DNA of 64,000 bases, from positions 608,001-672,000 of the forward strand of contig CAVTHO010000008.1 in NCBI GenBank assembly GCA_963734545.1, in the 5' to 3' direction. Made by a program: the position numbers and the translations under genes. Positions 26,269 to 39,995 of this stretch are shown here, piece after piece. Below the pieces are notes generated by a model. It did not search any database and was not told where the DNA came from. It saw only the letters and a program-made list of their open reading frames with translations. Each line of letters opens with the position of its first letter. Position 1 is the first letter of the stretch. The stretch is from an uncultured Spirochaetota bacterium (GTDB lineage: Bacteria > Spirochaetota > Spirochaetia > SZUA-6 > Fen-1364).

Positions 26269-27039
26269 ATGACCGGCAGGGCGGACATGTTCAGAATCGA
26301 CGGCAAGGTGGCAATCGTCACGGGCTCCGAGCGGGGGCTCGGCCGCGGCATGGCAACGGCGCTTGCCGAGGCGGGGGCGGATATTCTCGGCGTCACGTAC
26401 GCACCGGCGGCGCCCGAGACCGCGGCAGCCGTTGCCGCCGCGCGCAGGCGATACGTGCACCTGCAGGCCGACCTGATGACGCTGGAGCCCGTTCCCCGCA
26501 TCATCGAAACAGCGGTCAACGAGTTCGGGCGCATCGATATCCTCGTCAACAATGCCGGCATCATCACGCGCAATGACGCCCTCGACTTCACCGAGAAGGA
26601 ATGGGACGATGTCATGGACATCAACCTGAAGACCGTCTTCTTCCTCGCCCAGGCCGTGGCGCGGCGGTTCGTCCAGCAGAAGAGCGGGGGGAAGATAATC
26701 AATGTGGCTTCCATGCTGTCTTTCCAGGGCGGGATCCGCGTCCCCTCGTACACGGCATCCAAGAGCGGCGTCAAGGGCATCACCATGCTCATGGCGAACG
26801 AGTGGGCCAAACACGGAATAAACGCCAACGCAATTGCGCCCGGCTACATGGCCACGGACAACACGGCGCTCCTCAGGGCGGACGAACGCCGGAGCGCCGA
26901 GATCCTCGGGCGCATACCGGCCGGCCGCTGGGGGGAGCCGTCCGACCTCGCCGGCGCCGTCGTATTCCTCGCCTCATCCGCGTCGAACTATGTCAACGGT
27001 CATGTCCTTGCAGTGGACGGAGGCTGGCTCGCCCGCTGA
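26269..27039 (+). CDS. kduD: 2-dehydro-3-deoxy-D-gluconate 5-dehydrogenase
   Basis: SDR with ASMLSFQGGIRVPSYTASKS and VDGGWLAR C-terminus. Confidence 0.96.
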   Translation: MTGRADMFRIDGKVAIVTGSERGLGRGMATALAEAGADILGVTYAPAAPETAAAVAAARRRYVHLQADLMTLEPVPRIIETAVNEFGRIDILVNNAGIITRNDALDFTEKEWDDVMDINLKTVFFLAQAVARRFVQQKSGGKIINVASMLSFQGGIRVPSYTASKSGVKGITMLMANEWAKHGINANAIAPGYMATDNTALLRADERRSAEILGRIPAGRWGEPSDLAGAVVFLASSASNYVNGHVLAVDGGWLAR

Positions 27040-27169
27040 TCCGCACCGCTTGCACGGGCCGTCCGGTCGGGTCCGGCGGCAATGTCGGTTTTATCCACCT
27101 TTTCTACGCATCGGGCCCCTTGGAAGCGCCTATCACTCGGCTGACATTGGTCCTTTAAGGAGGAAAGGT

Positions 27170-28474
27170 ATGAGACAACTCTCTGCAATCTTGCTCTTCT
27201 GCCTGGCGCTTGCCGCGCCCGCCCTGGTGGCCGCAGCGCCGCTGCCCATCGTGTCATGGGACTTTCTGGGGGGCGGTGACGGGGTGAAATGGACGCAGCT
27301 TGTCAACGATTTCAATGCCAGCCAGAGCGCGTACAAGGTCTCCAGCACCACTCTTCCCTGGGGCGTGGAGTTCTATACCAGGGTCCACACCGGCGTGGTC
27401 GCGGGAGAGACCGCGGACGTCATGACGTATCACCTTTCGCATTTCCCGACCGGCATCAAGATGGGAGATCTGCGCCCCATCACGGACGCCGAGCTGAAAT
27501 CGGTCGGCCTTTCGTACAAGGACTTCAACCCCACGCTCGTCGCCTACTCGCAGGCCAACAGCGCGGCCTACGGAAAAGCCGGCGTCCTGTACGGCGTGCC
27601 TCTCGACACGCATACGGTCGTGATCTACTACAACAAGGGCCTGCTGACCAAGGCGGGCGTGCTGGGCGGGAACGGGAAGCCCACCGGCACGGCGGGAATC
27701 GATACTTTCACCGCCACCCTGAAGAAGATCAAGGACGCCACCGGAGTCCTTCCGATCACCACGTCTTCCGGGAACGACACGGGCGGCCCGTGGCGTCTCT
27801 GGTACACCCTCTTCTCCCAGATGGGAGGGACGCTGGTGAAGAACGGAAAGCTGGACCTCAGCGCGATGGACACGACGGGCAAGAAAGCCCTGCAGACATT
27901 CCACGACTGGGCATCCCAGGGCCTGATCAATACGGACACGGACTACGGCGCCGCGGTCGCCCTGTTCACCTCCGGCAAGGCGGCGTTCATGATCAACGGA
28001 AACTGGGAAGTTCCCACCATGGTGGACCTGGCGAAGTCCGGCAAGCTCGGATTCGACTATGGAGTCATGGCATTCCCGACGCTCTTCTCCAGGGGCGCAT
28101 CGTTTGCCGATTCGCATGAGCTGGCTATTCCGAACAACACGAAGAACCCCCTCTCGGCGGCAAAGCTGAAGGGCGTCCTCACCTTCATCGCGTACGTGGA
28201 AAAGCATGCGGACGTCTGGGCCGGCGGCGGCCACCTCCCCGCGTACCTGCCGGTGCTGAACGGCAAGGAGCTCGCCGCGATGTCGCCGAACAACCAGTAC
28301 AGCGTCGATGCGGCAAAGATCGTTTCCTTCGAGCCGAATACACCGGTCTTCGGTGTCGGCGGCACGATCTACACCGCGTTCACGAACTTCATGACCCCGG
28401 CGCTCACCGACCAGATCTCGATCGATGACGCGGTCAACCAGTTCAAGAGCGAAGTCACGAAGCTTTCCATGTAA
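27170..28474 (+). CDS. Sugar ABC transporter substrate-binding protein
   Basis: Strong AAGGAGG RBS, signal peptide, GGGDG, YGVPLDTH, YYNK and NGNWE. Confidence 0.9.
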   Translation: MRQLSAILLFCLALAAPALVAAAPLPIVSWDFLGGGDGVKWTQLVNDFNASQSAYKVSSTTLPWGVEFYTRVHTGVVAGETADVMTYHLSHFPTGIKMGDLRPITDAELKSVGLSYKDFNPTLVAYSQANSAAYGKAGVLYGVPLDTHTVVIYYNKGLLTKAGVLGGNGKPTGTAGIDTFTATLKKIKDATGVLPITTSSGNDTGGPWRLWYTLFSQMGGTLVKNGKLDLSAMDTTGKKALQTFHDWASQGLINTDTDYGAAVALFTSGKAAFMINGNWEVPTMVDLAKSGKLGFDYGVMAFPTLFSRGASFADSHELAIPNNTKNPLSAAKLKGVLTFIAYVEKHADVWAGGGHLPAYLPVLNGKELAAMSPNNQYSVDAAKIVSFEPNTPVFGVGGTIYTAFTNFMTPALTDQISIDDAVNQFKSEVTKLSM

Positions 28475-28496
28475 CCGGGCAGTCTCACCTGCAAGG

Positions 28497-28532
28497 GTCC
28501 CATCCGCAGGCGTGCGGATGGGACGCCTTTTT
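28497..28532 (+). terminator. Stem-loop with U-tract after the SBP gene
   Basis: GTCCCATCCGCA-GGCG-TGCGGATGGGAC followed by TTTTT. Confidence 0.65.
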
Positions 28533-28563
28533 ACACGGCACGGACTTCGCAAGGTAGGGCACA

Positions 28564-31858
<3,295 letters not shown>

Positions 31859-31891
31859 GCTGCGGCCAGGCCGCACCAGGGCATGAGCCTG

Positions 31892-31913
31892 GTTGCACGG
31901 CGTACCGTGCAGC
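31892..31913. repeat. Hairpin between convergent genes, variant of the mini-repeat
   Basis: GTTGCACGG-CGTA-CCGTGCAGC has the same CGG-NGTA-CCG core. Confidence 0.5.
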
Positions 31914-31926
31914 GTGACGATTGACC

Positions 31927-32763
31927 TTACATCTTGATGCCGGTCAGCGTGACACCCTCGACGAAATACCGCTGCCCGACGAAGAACACGACTATCGGCG
32001 GCAGGATCACGATCACGGTCGCGGCCATGAGGAAGTTCCACTGCGTGGAATAGCTCCCGATGAAGTGCGTGAGACCGAGCGCAAGCGTGTAGGTTTTCGG
32101 GTCGTTGAGGTAGATCAGGGGCCCGAAGAAATCGTTCCACTGGAAAAAGAACTGGAAGAGACCCACCGCGATGAGAGCGGGCTGGATGAAGGGGAGCAGG
32201 ATCTGCCAGTAGATGCGGAAGTAGTTTGCCCCGTCCATCCGTGCCGCATCGTCGAAATCCTTCGGGATCGTGAGGAAGAACTGCCGCAGGAGGAAAACGT
32301 TGAACGCGCCGCCGCCGAACCAGAACGGCACGATCAGCGGATAGAAAGTGTTCACGAGGTGCACCTTGGTCCACATGATGAACTGCGGGATCAGTACGAC
32401 CGCGGGGGGAAGGATGATCGCGCCGAGGACCATCGCAAACCAGAAGTTCCGCAGCGGGAACCTGAACCTGGCCAGTCCGTATGCCGACATGCTCGACGTG
32501 ACGAGAGTGGCCAGCACGGTCGGGATGACGACGATAAGGGTGTTCCGGAAATACAGCAGGAAGGGCGACGTAGTCATCGCGATCGGCGTAGTTCTCCCAG
32601 CGGGTGCGGGTTGCCCACAGGAGCGGCGGGTACTTGAACACCTCGACCAGGGTCATGAGCGAGCTGCGCACCAGCCAGAATATGGGTAGCAGGCAGGCAA
32701 CGGCGCCGACCGTGAGCACGAGATAGAGCAGTGCCCCGCTGGACCGTCCGGGCAGCGGCTCAT
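31927..32763 (-). CDS. Sugar ABC permease (MalG-like), frameshifted
   Basis: FLLRQFF, DAARMDGA, WNDFFGPLIY and QRYFVEG. Confidence 0.88.
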
Positions 32764-33683
32764 GCGTTGGCTCCTTCGTAGTAGACCCACTGCGCGTGAC
32801 CAGCGGAAAAGGACCAGCCCGAGGAGCGACACGATGAGGAACAGGACCCACGCCAGGGCGGCGGCGCCGCCCATGTTGTTGCGCTCAAACCCCTCGCGGT
32901 ACATGAGGTAGACGTAGAAGAGGCTCGCGTTGTTGGGGCCGCCGCTGGTCATGACGTAGGACTGTGTGAAGATCTGGAACGAGTTGATGAGACCGACGAC
33001 GATGTTGAAGAACGTGACCGGCGAGATCATGGGCCACGTGATGGCCCGGAACTTGTGCCACCAGTTGCCGCCGTCTATCTCCACCGCCTCCAGAAGCTGG
33101 CGCGGCACTCCCTGAAGGGCCGCGAGGAAGATCACGATCGTGTTGCCCGCGCCTCCCCAGACGCTCATGAGGACGATCGAAGGGACGACCGTGGTCTGGT
33201 TGGCGAGCCAGAGGGACTTGGGGAAGCCCGAGCCCCTGGAGGATCTCGTTGAACAGCCCGAAATCGGGGTTGTAGAGCCACAGCCACAGGGCGCTGCTCG
33301 CCACGATGGGCACGATGGTCGGCAGGTAGAAGATGCTTCGATAGATGCCCCTCCCCCGGATCTTCTGGTTGAGGAGGAGAGCGACGATCAGCGAGTAGAC
33401 GATCGTGAGGGCGACATTGAGCGACGACAAAGTACACCGTCACGAGAAGCGAGTTCCAGAAATACAGGTCCGTGGTGAACGAGCCGGACGTAGTTGCGGA
33501 TCCCGACCCAGTGGGGAGCCGTGAGCACGTTCCAGTCGGTCAGGCTGATCGAGCAGCGCTGCCGATCATCGGAACGATCACCCAGATGATCAGCCCCAGG
33601 ATCACCGGCGATGCGAAGAGATACCCGACGAGCGCTTCCCGGGACTCCCTGCGCCGCTGCCGATGCCTTTCACGCCGTCCCAT
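32760..33683 (-). CDS. Sugar ABC permease (MalF-like), frameshifted
   Basis: GYLFASP, IFYLPT and LEAVEIDGG. Confidence 0.88.
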
Positions 33684-33745
33684 CGTTCCTCCCGGCCCTG
33701 CCGTACGGGCACCGCGAGCCCGCTTCCGCGCGCGCGCCCTCATGC

Positions 33746-33776
33746 GTCAAAGAGCCCCGTGAGGGAGCTCTTTGAC
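33746..33776 (-). terminator. Stem-loop after the SBP gene
   Basis: GTCAAAGAGC...GCTCTTTGAC inverted repeat. Confidence 0.5.
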
Positions 33777-33798
33777 TCTTGATGATACTACCAGAAAC

Positions 33799-35161
33799 CT
33801 ATTTCCCCTGGAAGATCGGGCGTGATCTTCGGCATGATCTCGTTCTTGATCACGTCCGCGGCGGTCTTCTGGCCCAGCCACACCTGGCCGAGAGCGGCCT
33901 CGATCACGTCGTCCATCTTCGAGAAAGTCGGCACGTAGTACAGGGGAAGCTGGTGCGAGTAGTTGAGCGGCGAAATCGACGACCGCGGTCTTGTACTCGG
34001 GCGGATGGCGGGGGTTGTCGATCCACTGGGAGAGCAGCTTCGGATCCGTGTACCACTGCTTCTCGTTCGGCAGCCAGATGCCGCTCTGCAGCAGGGGCAG
34101 CGAGTTCTCGGGATTCATGACGAACTCCAGGAGCGTGAGCGCCTCGGGAAGGTGCTTCGTGCTCTTGTACACGACGATCGGCGTCCCGACCGAGGTGGTG
34201 GCGAGCTTCTTCATGTAGGGCAGCACGCCGACGCCGAAGTCGAGTCCCTGCTGCTCCTTCGTGATCCCGATGGTCAGCAGGTCCCACGTGCCGTCCATGA
34301 CCATTGCCACCTGCCCGCTGAGCAAGGCCGTGGCCGCGGCGTCGGGCATCTGCTGCGTGCCGGGACGGGGCTCACGTGGTGCACGTTGATCAGGTCCGCC
34401 ATCTTCTGGATGGCATCGATCGTCGCCGGATCGTCCAGGAGCAGCTTCTTGCCGTCCGGGCTGACGCATGCCGCCGCCGTTGCTGATGGCAAAGGTGATC
34501 CAGGGCATCCACCAGTTCTGGACCCAGGTCCCGAAGGTCCGGATGTTCTGCGGATCGAAGCCCGCGTCATTCGGGGTCTTGCCGTTCGCGTCCTTGGTCA
34601 GCTTCTTGGCAACGCTGCACGAACTGGTCCCAGCTCCAGGCCTTGCTCGCCTCCGCCGGCGGGTACGGCAGGCCCGCCGCGTCGAACATCTTCTTGCTGT
34701 ACCAGATGACCTGAATCTCGTTGGCCACGCTGATGCCCGACGATCTTGCCGTCGGGAGTGACGAACTTGATCGCGTCGAGCTTTGCGGGGGCGTTCTTGT
34801 AGAAGTCCGTCAGGTCGACGAACTGCCCGTTCATGCCCCAGGTGAGAACGTTGGGCTCGTAGAAGTAGCCGAGGTCAGGCAGGGTGTTGCTGGCCGCCAG
34901 CGTGGTGATCTTGGTGTTGAACTGGGTGTTCGACCCGAAATTCAGGGGCTCGATCTTGACGTTGGGGAACTTCGCCATGTAGCCGTTCAGATACGCGTTG
35001 GTGGCATCGATCTCGTTTTGATCGCCCCAAAAAGCGTACTGCAGCGTGACGGGCCCTTGCGACGCCGCCGCGCTTTCCGTCTGACCGGTGGCACCCACCG
35101 GGAAGACCGCGAGCAGCATGATTCCCATTGCTGCCGCGACAAACAGAGATTTCTTTGCCAT
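33799..35161 (-). CDS. Sugar ABC substrate-binding protein, frameshifted
   Basis: AGGAGG RBS, signal peptide, LAASNTLPD and GQVAMVMDGTW. Paralog of the SBP at 51258. Confidence 0.85.
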
Positions 35162-35472
35162 AGGCAATCCTCCTTGTGACGGGCCTGGCGCCCGCCGTGT
35201 TGAAACCGCTCCGATCGTGACTCTTCCAGACCGAGGACGGGGCTGCATCCTTTGCTCTCGTTCTCCTGTAAAAGGTAAGAACCGCATCGGCAACTCTGCA
35301 AGATGAGGCAGACGAACAAAATGGGAACAATTCCGACATCAGCCCTCCGGCCCGGCGCGCGTCGGCGGGTGTGATGGCCCAGGTCGGTTTTGTCCCCTTT
35401 TTCTTTGAAATAAGCAACTTGCTGCCCGTTCTTTCAGGAACGCATATTCTTCAGGAGATCGCGGTGAGGAGC

Positions 35473-37416
35473 ATGCAAATGATCGGGCAGGAAACGTGGG
35501 CAATGATCGAGGCAAAGATCGATGGAGGCTTCTGGCGCGATTACCAGTCACTTGTGCGTGAAAAGGTCATTCCCTACCAGTGGAAAGCCATGAACGATGA
35601 AATCCCCGGCGCTCCGAAAAGCCACTCGGTGGAAAACTTCCGGATCGCCGCGGGAGTGGCCCATGGCACCTACGAAGGAATGGTCTTTCAGGACAGCGAC
35701 CTGTCGAAGTGGCTGGAGGCGGCGGGCTACGTGCTCGGGCAGGGACTCCCGGGCAACGAGGCCCTGCGAGCGTGGGCGGAGGAAGCGATCGATCTGATCG
35801 CGCGCGCGCAGCAGCCGGACGGCTACGTGAATACCTACTTCACGGTGAAGGAACCCGGCCGCAAGTGGAAGAACCTGCGGGAGGCGCATGAGCTGTACTG
35901 CGCGGGTCACCTGATCGAGGCCGGAGTCGCCTTTCATCGCGGAACCGGCAATCAGAAGATCCTGGAGATCGTCCGCCGCCTGGCGGACCTCATCGACGCC
36001 CGATTCGGAGTCGAGAAAGGGAAGATCAGGGGATACCCGGGTCACGAAGAGGTGGAGCTGGCCCTCGTGAAGCTCTACCGGCTTACCGGGGAGCGGCGGT
36101 ATCTCGAGCGGGCTCGGTATTTTATCGACGAGCGCGGCCGGGCCCCCCACTTCTTCGACCAGGAGGCCGCGGAGCCTGACTTTGCGTCGATCTTCGGGCT
36201 CAAGCCTCTGGGTTACCACCAGGCACACGTGCCGGTGCGGGAGCAGGCCGATGCGACAGGGCATGCCGTGCGCGCCATGTACCTCTACACTGCCATGGCC
36301 GACCTTGTCCTGGAGGGGGGGGATGGGACGCTGCTCGCCGCATGCGACCGGCTCTGGGAAAGCACCACGGCCCGGCACATGTACGTGACCGGGGGCGTGG
36401 GATCCTCCGCGCATCTCGAATCCTTCAGCGCCGACTTCGACCTGCCCAATGACACGGCATATGCGGAAACCTGCGCCGCCATAGGGCTTTTCTTCTTCGC
36501 ATCCCGCATGGCCCGGATCCACGATCACGGGCGGTACGCCGACGTCATGGAGCGCGCGTTGTACAACGGAATCATCAGCGGGCTCGCGCTGGATGGCGAG
36601 AGCTACTTCTACGTGAACCCCCTGGAGGTGGTCCCGGACGTCTGCGACTCCAACGGGACCTACCGCCGGGTGAAGTACCGGCGCCAGCCGTGGTACGGGT
36701 GCGCATGCTGCCCGCCGAACATCGCGCGCACCCTGGCGTCGCTGGGCGAGTACCTGTACCACTTGCACGGAGATACCCTTTATGTCGATCTTTACCATGA
36801 GGGAGTCTGCACCTTCACGGCGGGCGGCAGGGAAGTGACCCTCCGGCAGAGCACCACCTATCCGTGGGCGGAAAGCATCGTGTTCGAGCTCGAGTCGGAC
36901 GCGGGGGATCTCACCCTCGCGCTCCGCATTCCGTCCTGGTGCAGACAGGCAGCGGTGAGGCTCAACGGGGAATCCGCCCGGCCCGCCGCGCCCGGAGACG
37001 GCTACGCGCGCGTGCGCAGGGCCTGGAAGAAGGGGGATAAGCTGGAGCTTACCCTTCAGATGAACGTCGAAAGAATACATGCGGACCCCAGGGTTCGGGC
37101 AGACTACGGGAAGGTGGCGATCCAGCGGGGCCCCGTCGTCTACTGTCTCGAACAGGTCGACAACGGCCCCGACCTCTACAGCGTGAGCCTGCCCGCGGAC
37201 GCGAAGCTGGAGACGGTGAATCGGCCCGATCTTCTCGGTGGGGTGGTTGTCATTGCGGGTCGGGGCACGGCCCGCAGCGCGTCCCGGCCGGCAGGAGCTC
37301 TCTATCAGAGCGGGAGCAGCGACGACAGCGTCGAGGAAAGGCGGCTTCTCTTCATCCCGTATTACGCGTGGGCAAACCGCGCGCCGGGAGAGATGATCAT
37401 ATGGATGCGCGAATGA
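35473..37416 (+). CDS. Beta-L-arabinofuranosidase-like GH127
   Basis: FQDSD, HELYCAGH, GHEEVELAL, GHAVRA, YAETCA and CACCPPN (Zn/Cys catalytic motifs). Confidence 0.92.
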   Translation: MQMIGQETWAMIEAKIDGGFWRDYQSLVREKVIPYQWKAMNDEIPGAPKSHSVENFRIAAGVAHGTYEGMVFQDSDLSKWLEAAGYVLGQGLPGNEALRAWAEEAIDLIARAQQPDGYVNTYFTVKEPGRKWKNLREAHELYCAGHLIEAGVAFHRGTGNQKILEIVRRLADLIDARFGVEKGKIRGYPGHEEVELALVKLYRLTGERRYLERARYFIDERGRAPHFFDQEAAEPDFASIFGLKPLGYHQAHVPVREQADATGHAVRAMYLYTAMADLVLEGGDGTLLAACDRLWESTTARHMYVTGGVGSSAHLESFSADFDLPNDTAYAETCAAIGLFFFASRMARIHDHGRYADVMERALYNGIISGLALDGESYFYVNPLEVVPDVCDSNGTYRRVKYRRQPWYGCACCPPNIARTLASLGEYLYHLHGDTLYVDLYHEGVCTFTAGGREVTLRQSTTYPWAESIVFELESDAGDLTLALRIPSWCRQAAVRLNGESARPAAPGDGYARVRRAWKKGDKLELTLQMNVERIHADPRVRADYGKVAIQRGPVVYCLEQVDNGPDLYSVSLPADAKLETVNRPDLLGGVVVIAGRGTARSASRPAGALYQSGSSDDSVEERRLLFIPYYAWANRAPGEMIIWMRE

Positions 37417-38462
37417 TGCCGTGCGGACCGGGGGATACGCAGTCCATGGGGGACGGCCTCAAACTCGATTTCATCCGGCCATTCGAGCCGGTCGAAGCAA
37501 GTCACGTCGTGGCGGAACATCCCGGGAGCAGGGTGGTACGGCCCGGCAGCTCCGCGTGCCTCATTTTCAGCGTCCATGGAGGGCTTGTCGTCCAGGACGG
37601 CCGCGCGGAGCTGGAGCTGCAAGAAAACGCGGCGCTTCTGCTTGCGCACCGCGGCGCCGGCACGATCACCCTCACGAACAGGTGCGAGGCGGACTTCTAT
37701 CTGCTGCGCTTCCGCTGGACGCAGAAGGCCGTCGCGGCTTCCGGCCAGGCTCTCCAGGTGCCCTCGCATGTCACCGTGCTCCGGCCCGGACGGCTGACGC
37801 ACCTCCTTCGCATGTATATCGAGAAGGCGAAGGGGGAGACGACAGGGCCGATGCGGAATCCGCCGAGTACGTCGATGCGAAATCCGCCGAGTACGTCGAT
37901 GCGAAATCCGCCGAGTACGTCGATGCGAAATCCGCCGAGTACGTCGATGCGGAATCCGCAAACTGCGCGGAGTACCGTGCAAGGTACGTCGATGCGGCTC
38001 ATGCTGCATCACCTGCTCGTTCTCGCGCTGTGCGAGCTGGCGCGCTCCTCCCAGGAAGGGATTCCGATGCCGGCCCGGGAGCCCGGCCTCGCGAATATCG
38101 CCTCGCGGGTGGATGCATTCATCGCCGCGCACTATCACGAGACCCTCTCGACTCCCGACATCGCCGCCGAGCTGCGCTACAACCCTGACTACCTCGAGCG
38201 CGCCTATCGCCAGGAGCGCCGTATGTCCATCCGTGAGGCAATCCACGCGCGCAGGATCAACGAGGCCCGGGCGCAGCTTCTTCTCCTGCGCAAGCAGGGC
38301 GTGGCCCAGATTGCCGCGTTGTGCGGGTACACCGATGCCGGCTATTTTCGCCGCCTCTTCAAGCGCGCCACTCACATGACCCCGCACGGCTACCGGGCCG
38401 TGAACACGGCCTTCCTCCCGGACGGCGCACCGCGCGCGGCCGGGAAGGCGCTGCACCAATGA
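37413..38462 (+). CDS. AraC-family regulator containing a tandem-repeat insertion
   Basis: YNPDYLER, IAALCGY.DAGYFRRLFK..T.MTP. Internal (MRNPPSTS)n. Confidence 0.88.
   Translation: MMPCGPGDTQSMGDGLKLDFIRPFEPVEASHVVAEHPGSRVVRPGSSACLIFSVHGGLVVQDGRAELELQENAALLLAHRGAGTITLTNRCEADFYLLRFRWTQKAVAASGQALQVPSHVTVLRPGRLTHLLRMYIEKAKGETTGPMRNPPSTSMRNPPSTSMRNPPSTSMRNPPSTSMRNPQTARSTVQGTSMRLMLHHLLVLALCELARSSQEGIPMPAREPGLANIASRVDAFIAAHYHETLSTPDIAAELRYNPDYLERAYRQERRMSIREAIHARRINEARAQLLLLRKQGVAQIAALCGYTDAGYFRRLFKRATHMTPHGYRAVNTAFLPDGAPRAAGKALHQ
37851..37991 (+). repeat. In-frame 24-bp tandem repeat (4 units plus an interrupted fifth)
   Basis: Unit ATGCGAAATCCGCCGAGTACGTCG. The fifth unit holds the hairpin TGCGCGG-AGTA-CCGTGCA. 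Confidence 0.92.
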
Positions 38463-39286
38463 CCATCCCCGTCTGCGACACCATTGAATCCCTGAACGGG
38501 GGTCAATTCGTCTCTCCGGGATTCGGCACGCACGCGGTGCGCGTGATCGATTCGTACGAGCTGATCTTCGTGACGCAGGGCCGGCTGGACATGTTCGAAG
38601 GAGAGCGCGCGTTCCACCTGGCGCGCAACCAGACGCTCCTGCTCTTCCCCGGGATCCGGCACGGCGGCCTCCTGCCCTATGCGCCTGATGCGAACTTCTA
38701 CTGGGTGCACTTCCGGCTGGCCAACCCCGGGTCCCCCGGCGCGTCGCTCCGCGTCCCCAAGGTGGCGACGGTTCGGGATCCTGAGGGGCTGACGGAGCTG
38801 TTCTGTCGGTTCATCTCCGATCAGGAGTCGGGCATCCTGGATCCGCTCAGCGCGGCCCATCTCGTCGCGCTCATGATGTGCATGATCTGCGAGGAGGAGG
38901 TACAGGCCCGGCACTCCCGGTCTCGCGGCATCCGCAGGGAGCAGGAACCGCTTGCGGTGACGATCCACCGGCACATCGACGCGAACTATGAGAAGCCGAT
39001 CACCACTTCATCGATCGCGCGGGATCTCCACTACAATCCCGACTACCTCGAGCGTGTGTTCCACAGTCACTGGAACATGTCGATCATCGACGCGGTTCAC
39101 CAGAAGCGCATCGGGCTGGCCCGCTCATCCCTGCACACGGAGCCCGGCAAGAACATCAACGAGATCGCCTTCGAATGCGGCTACGCCGACGCCGGCTACT
39201 TCCGCCGGATGTTCAAGCGCCTCACCGGCCTGACGCCGCGGGAGTTCAGAACACTCTACGCTCGAACGCACATCAACACTCACTAG
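38459..39286 (+). CDS. AraC-family regulator
   Basis: Cupin N-terminus (YELIFV..G, FYWVHF) and IAFECGYADAGYFRRMFK. Confidence 0.9.
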   Translation: MTIPVCDTIESLNGGQFVSPGFGTHAVRVIDSYELIFVTQGRLDMFEGERAFHLARNQTLLLFPGIRHGGLLPYAPDANFYWVHFRLANPGSPGASLRVPKVATVRDPEGLTELFCRFISDQESGILDPLSAAHLVALMMCMICEEEVQARHSRSRGIRREQEPLAVTIHRHIDANYEKPITTSSIARDLHYNPDYLERVFHSHWNMSIIDAVHQKRIGLARSSLHTEPGKNINEIAFECGYADAGYFRRMFKRLTGLTPREFRTLYARTHINTH

Positions 39287-39346
39287 GTCGTCGCTTTGCA
39301 ATCAGAGCGGTAACGCCGAGCGCGGCCTGCCGGTGTTGAAGCAATC

Positions 39347-39889
39347 ATGAACGGCAGGAAGATCATCGTGCTGGTCGCGGCCCTCACTGTTCTGCCTCTA
39401 TCGATGGTCTGTGCAGGCGGCGCGGGCGGGCTCACGTGGGGACAGCAATTCTTCGACCCTCAACTTTCCAACTACGACTTCCAGGGAACCTGGTCGGGTG
39501 CGTACGGCTACGGCGTGACGCGTCATGGCCAGCGGATCGGCGGATTCGCCATGGCCGTCCGCTCTTCCGCGCCCGGCGGGACTTTCGACGGCGGATTTGC
39601 CGGCCTTATCACGGGCCAGGAAATGCACGCGGGGCCTTTTCTCATGGCAATAAGCCTGTGGACCGGCATCGGCGGCTTGAACGCCGACTCTGCGCTGCCC
39701 GCCGGGGGCTCGCTCGCGCTGTTCGGGGAGCTCGACCTGGAGCTGGGGCTGGGGTTCATCAGCTGGATGCAAGTGACGGGCTATGCCGGCATGCAGGCGA
39801 TCACGAGAGTTACCGGCGGACGGCCGCTGTTCAGCGGAGTCGCGTACACGCCCGTCCTCGGCGTGCGGGTTGCCTGGGGCTCGTTCTAG
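39347..39889 (+). CDS. Exported Gly/aromatic-rich protein, possible small beta-barrel
   Basis: Signal peptide, alternating beta-strand pattern and C-terminal VRVAWGSF. Confidence 0.6.
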   Translation: MNGRKIIVLVAALTVLPLSMVCAGGAGGLTWGQQFFDPQLSNYDFQGTWSGAYGYGVTRHGQRIGGFAMAVRSSAPGGTFDGGFAGLITGQEMHAGPFLMAISLWTGIGGLNADSALPAGGSLALFGELDLELGLGFISWMQVTGYAGMQAITRVTGGRPLFSGVAYTPVLGVRVAWGSF

Positions 39890-39995
39890 GGCGCCGCAAA
39901 TGTCACGGGGTACCGTGACCGCGGTACTCCGCGGATTTGGGCGCCGCAAATGTCACGGGGTACCGTGACCGCGGTACTCCGTGGATTTGGGCGCC
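39889..39995. repeat. 50-bp tandem duplication of an inverted mini-repeat doublet
   Basis: GGGCGCCGCAAATGTCACGG-GGTA-CCGTGACCGCGG-TACT-CCG(C/T)GGATTT x2, then GGGCGCC. Confidence 0.92.

Noticed and set aside
27091-27099. DnaA box or origin (TTATCCACC)
   Set aside because: A single mismatched box with no cluster, no unwinding element and no dnaA context.
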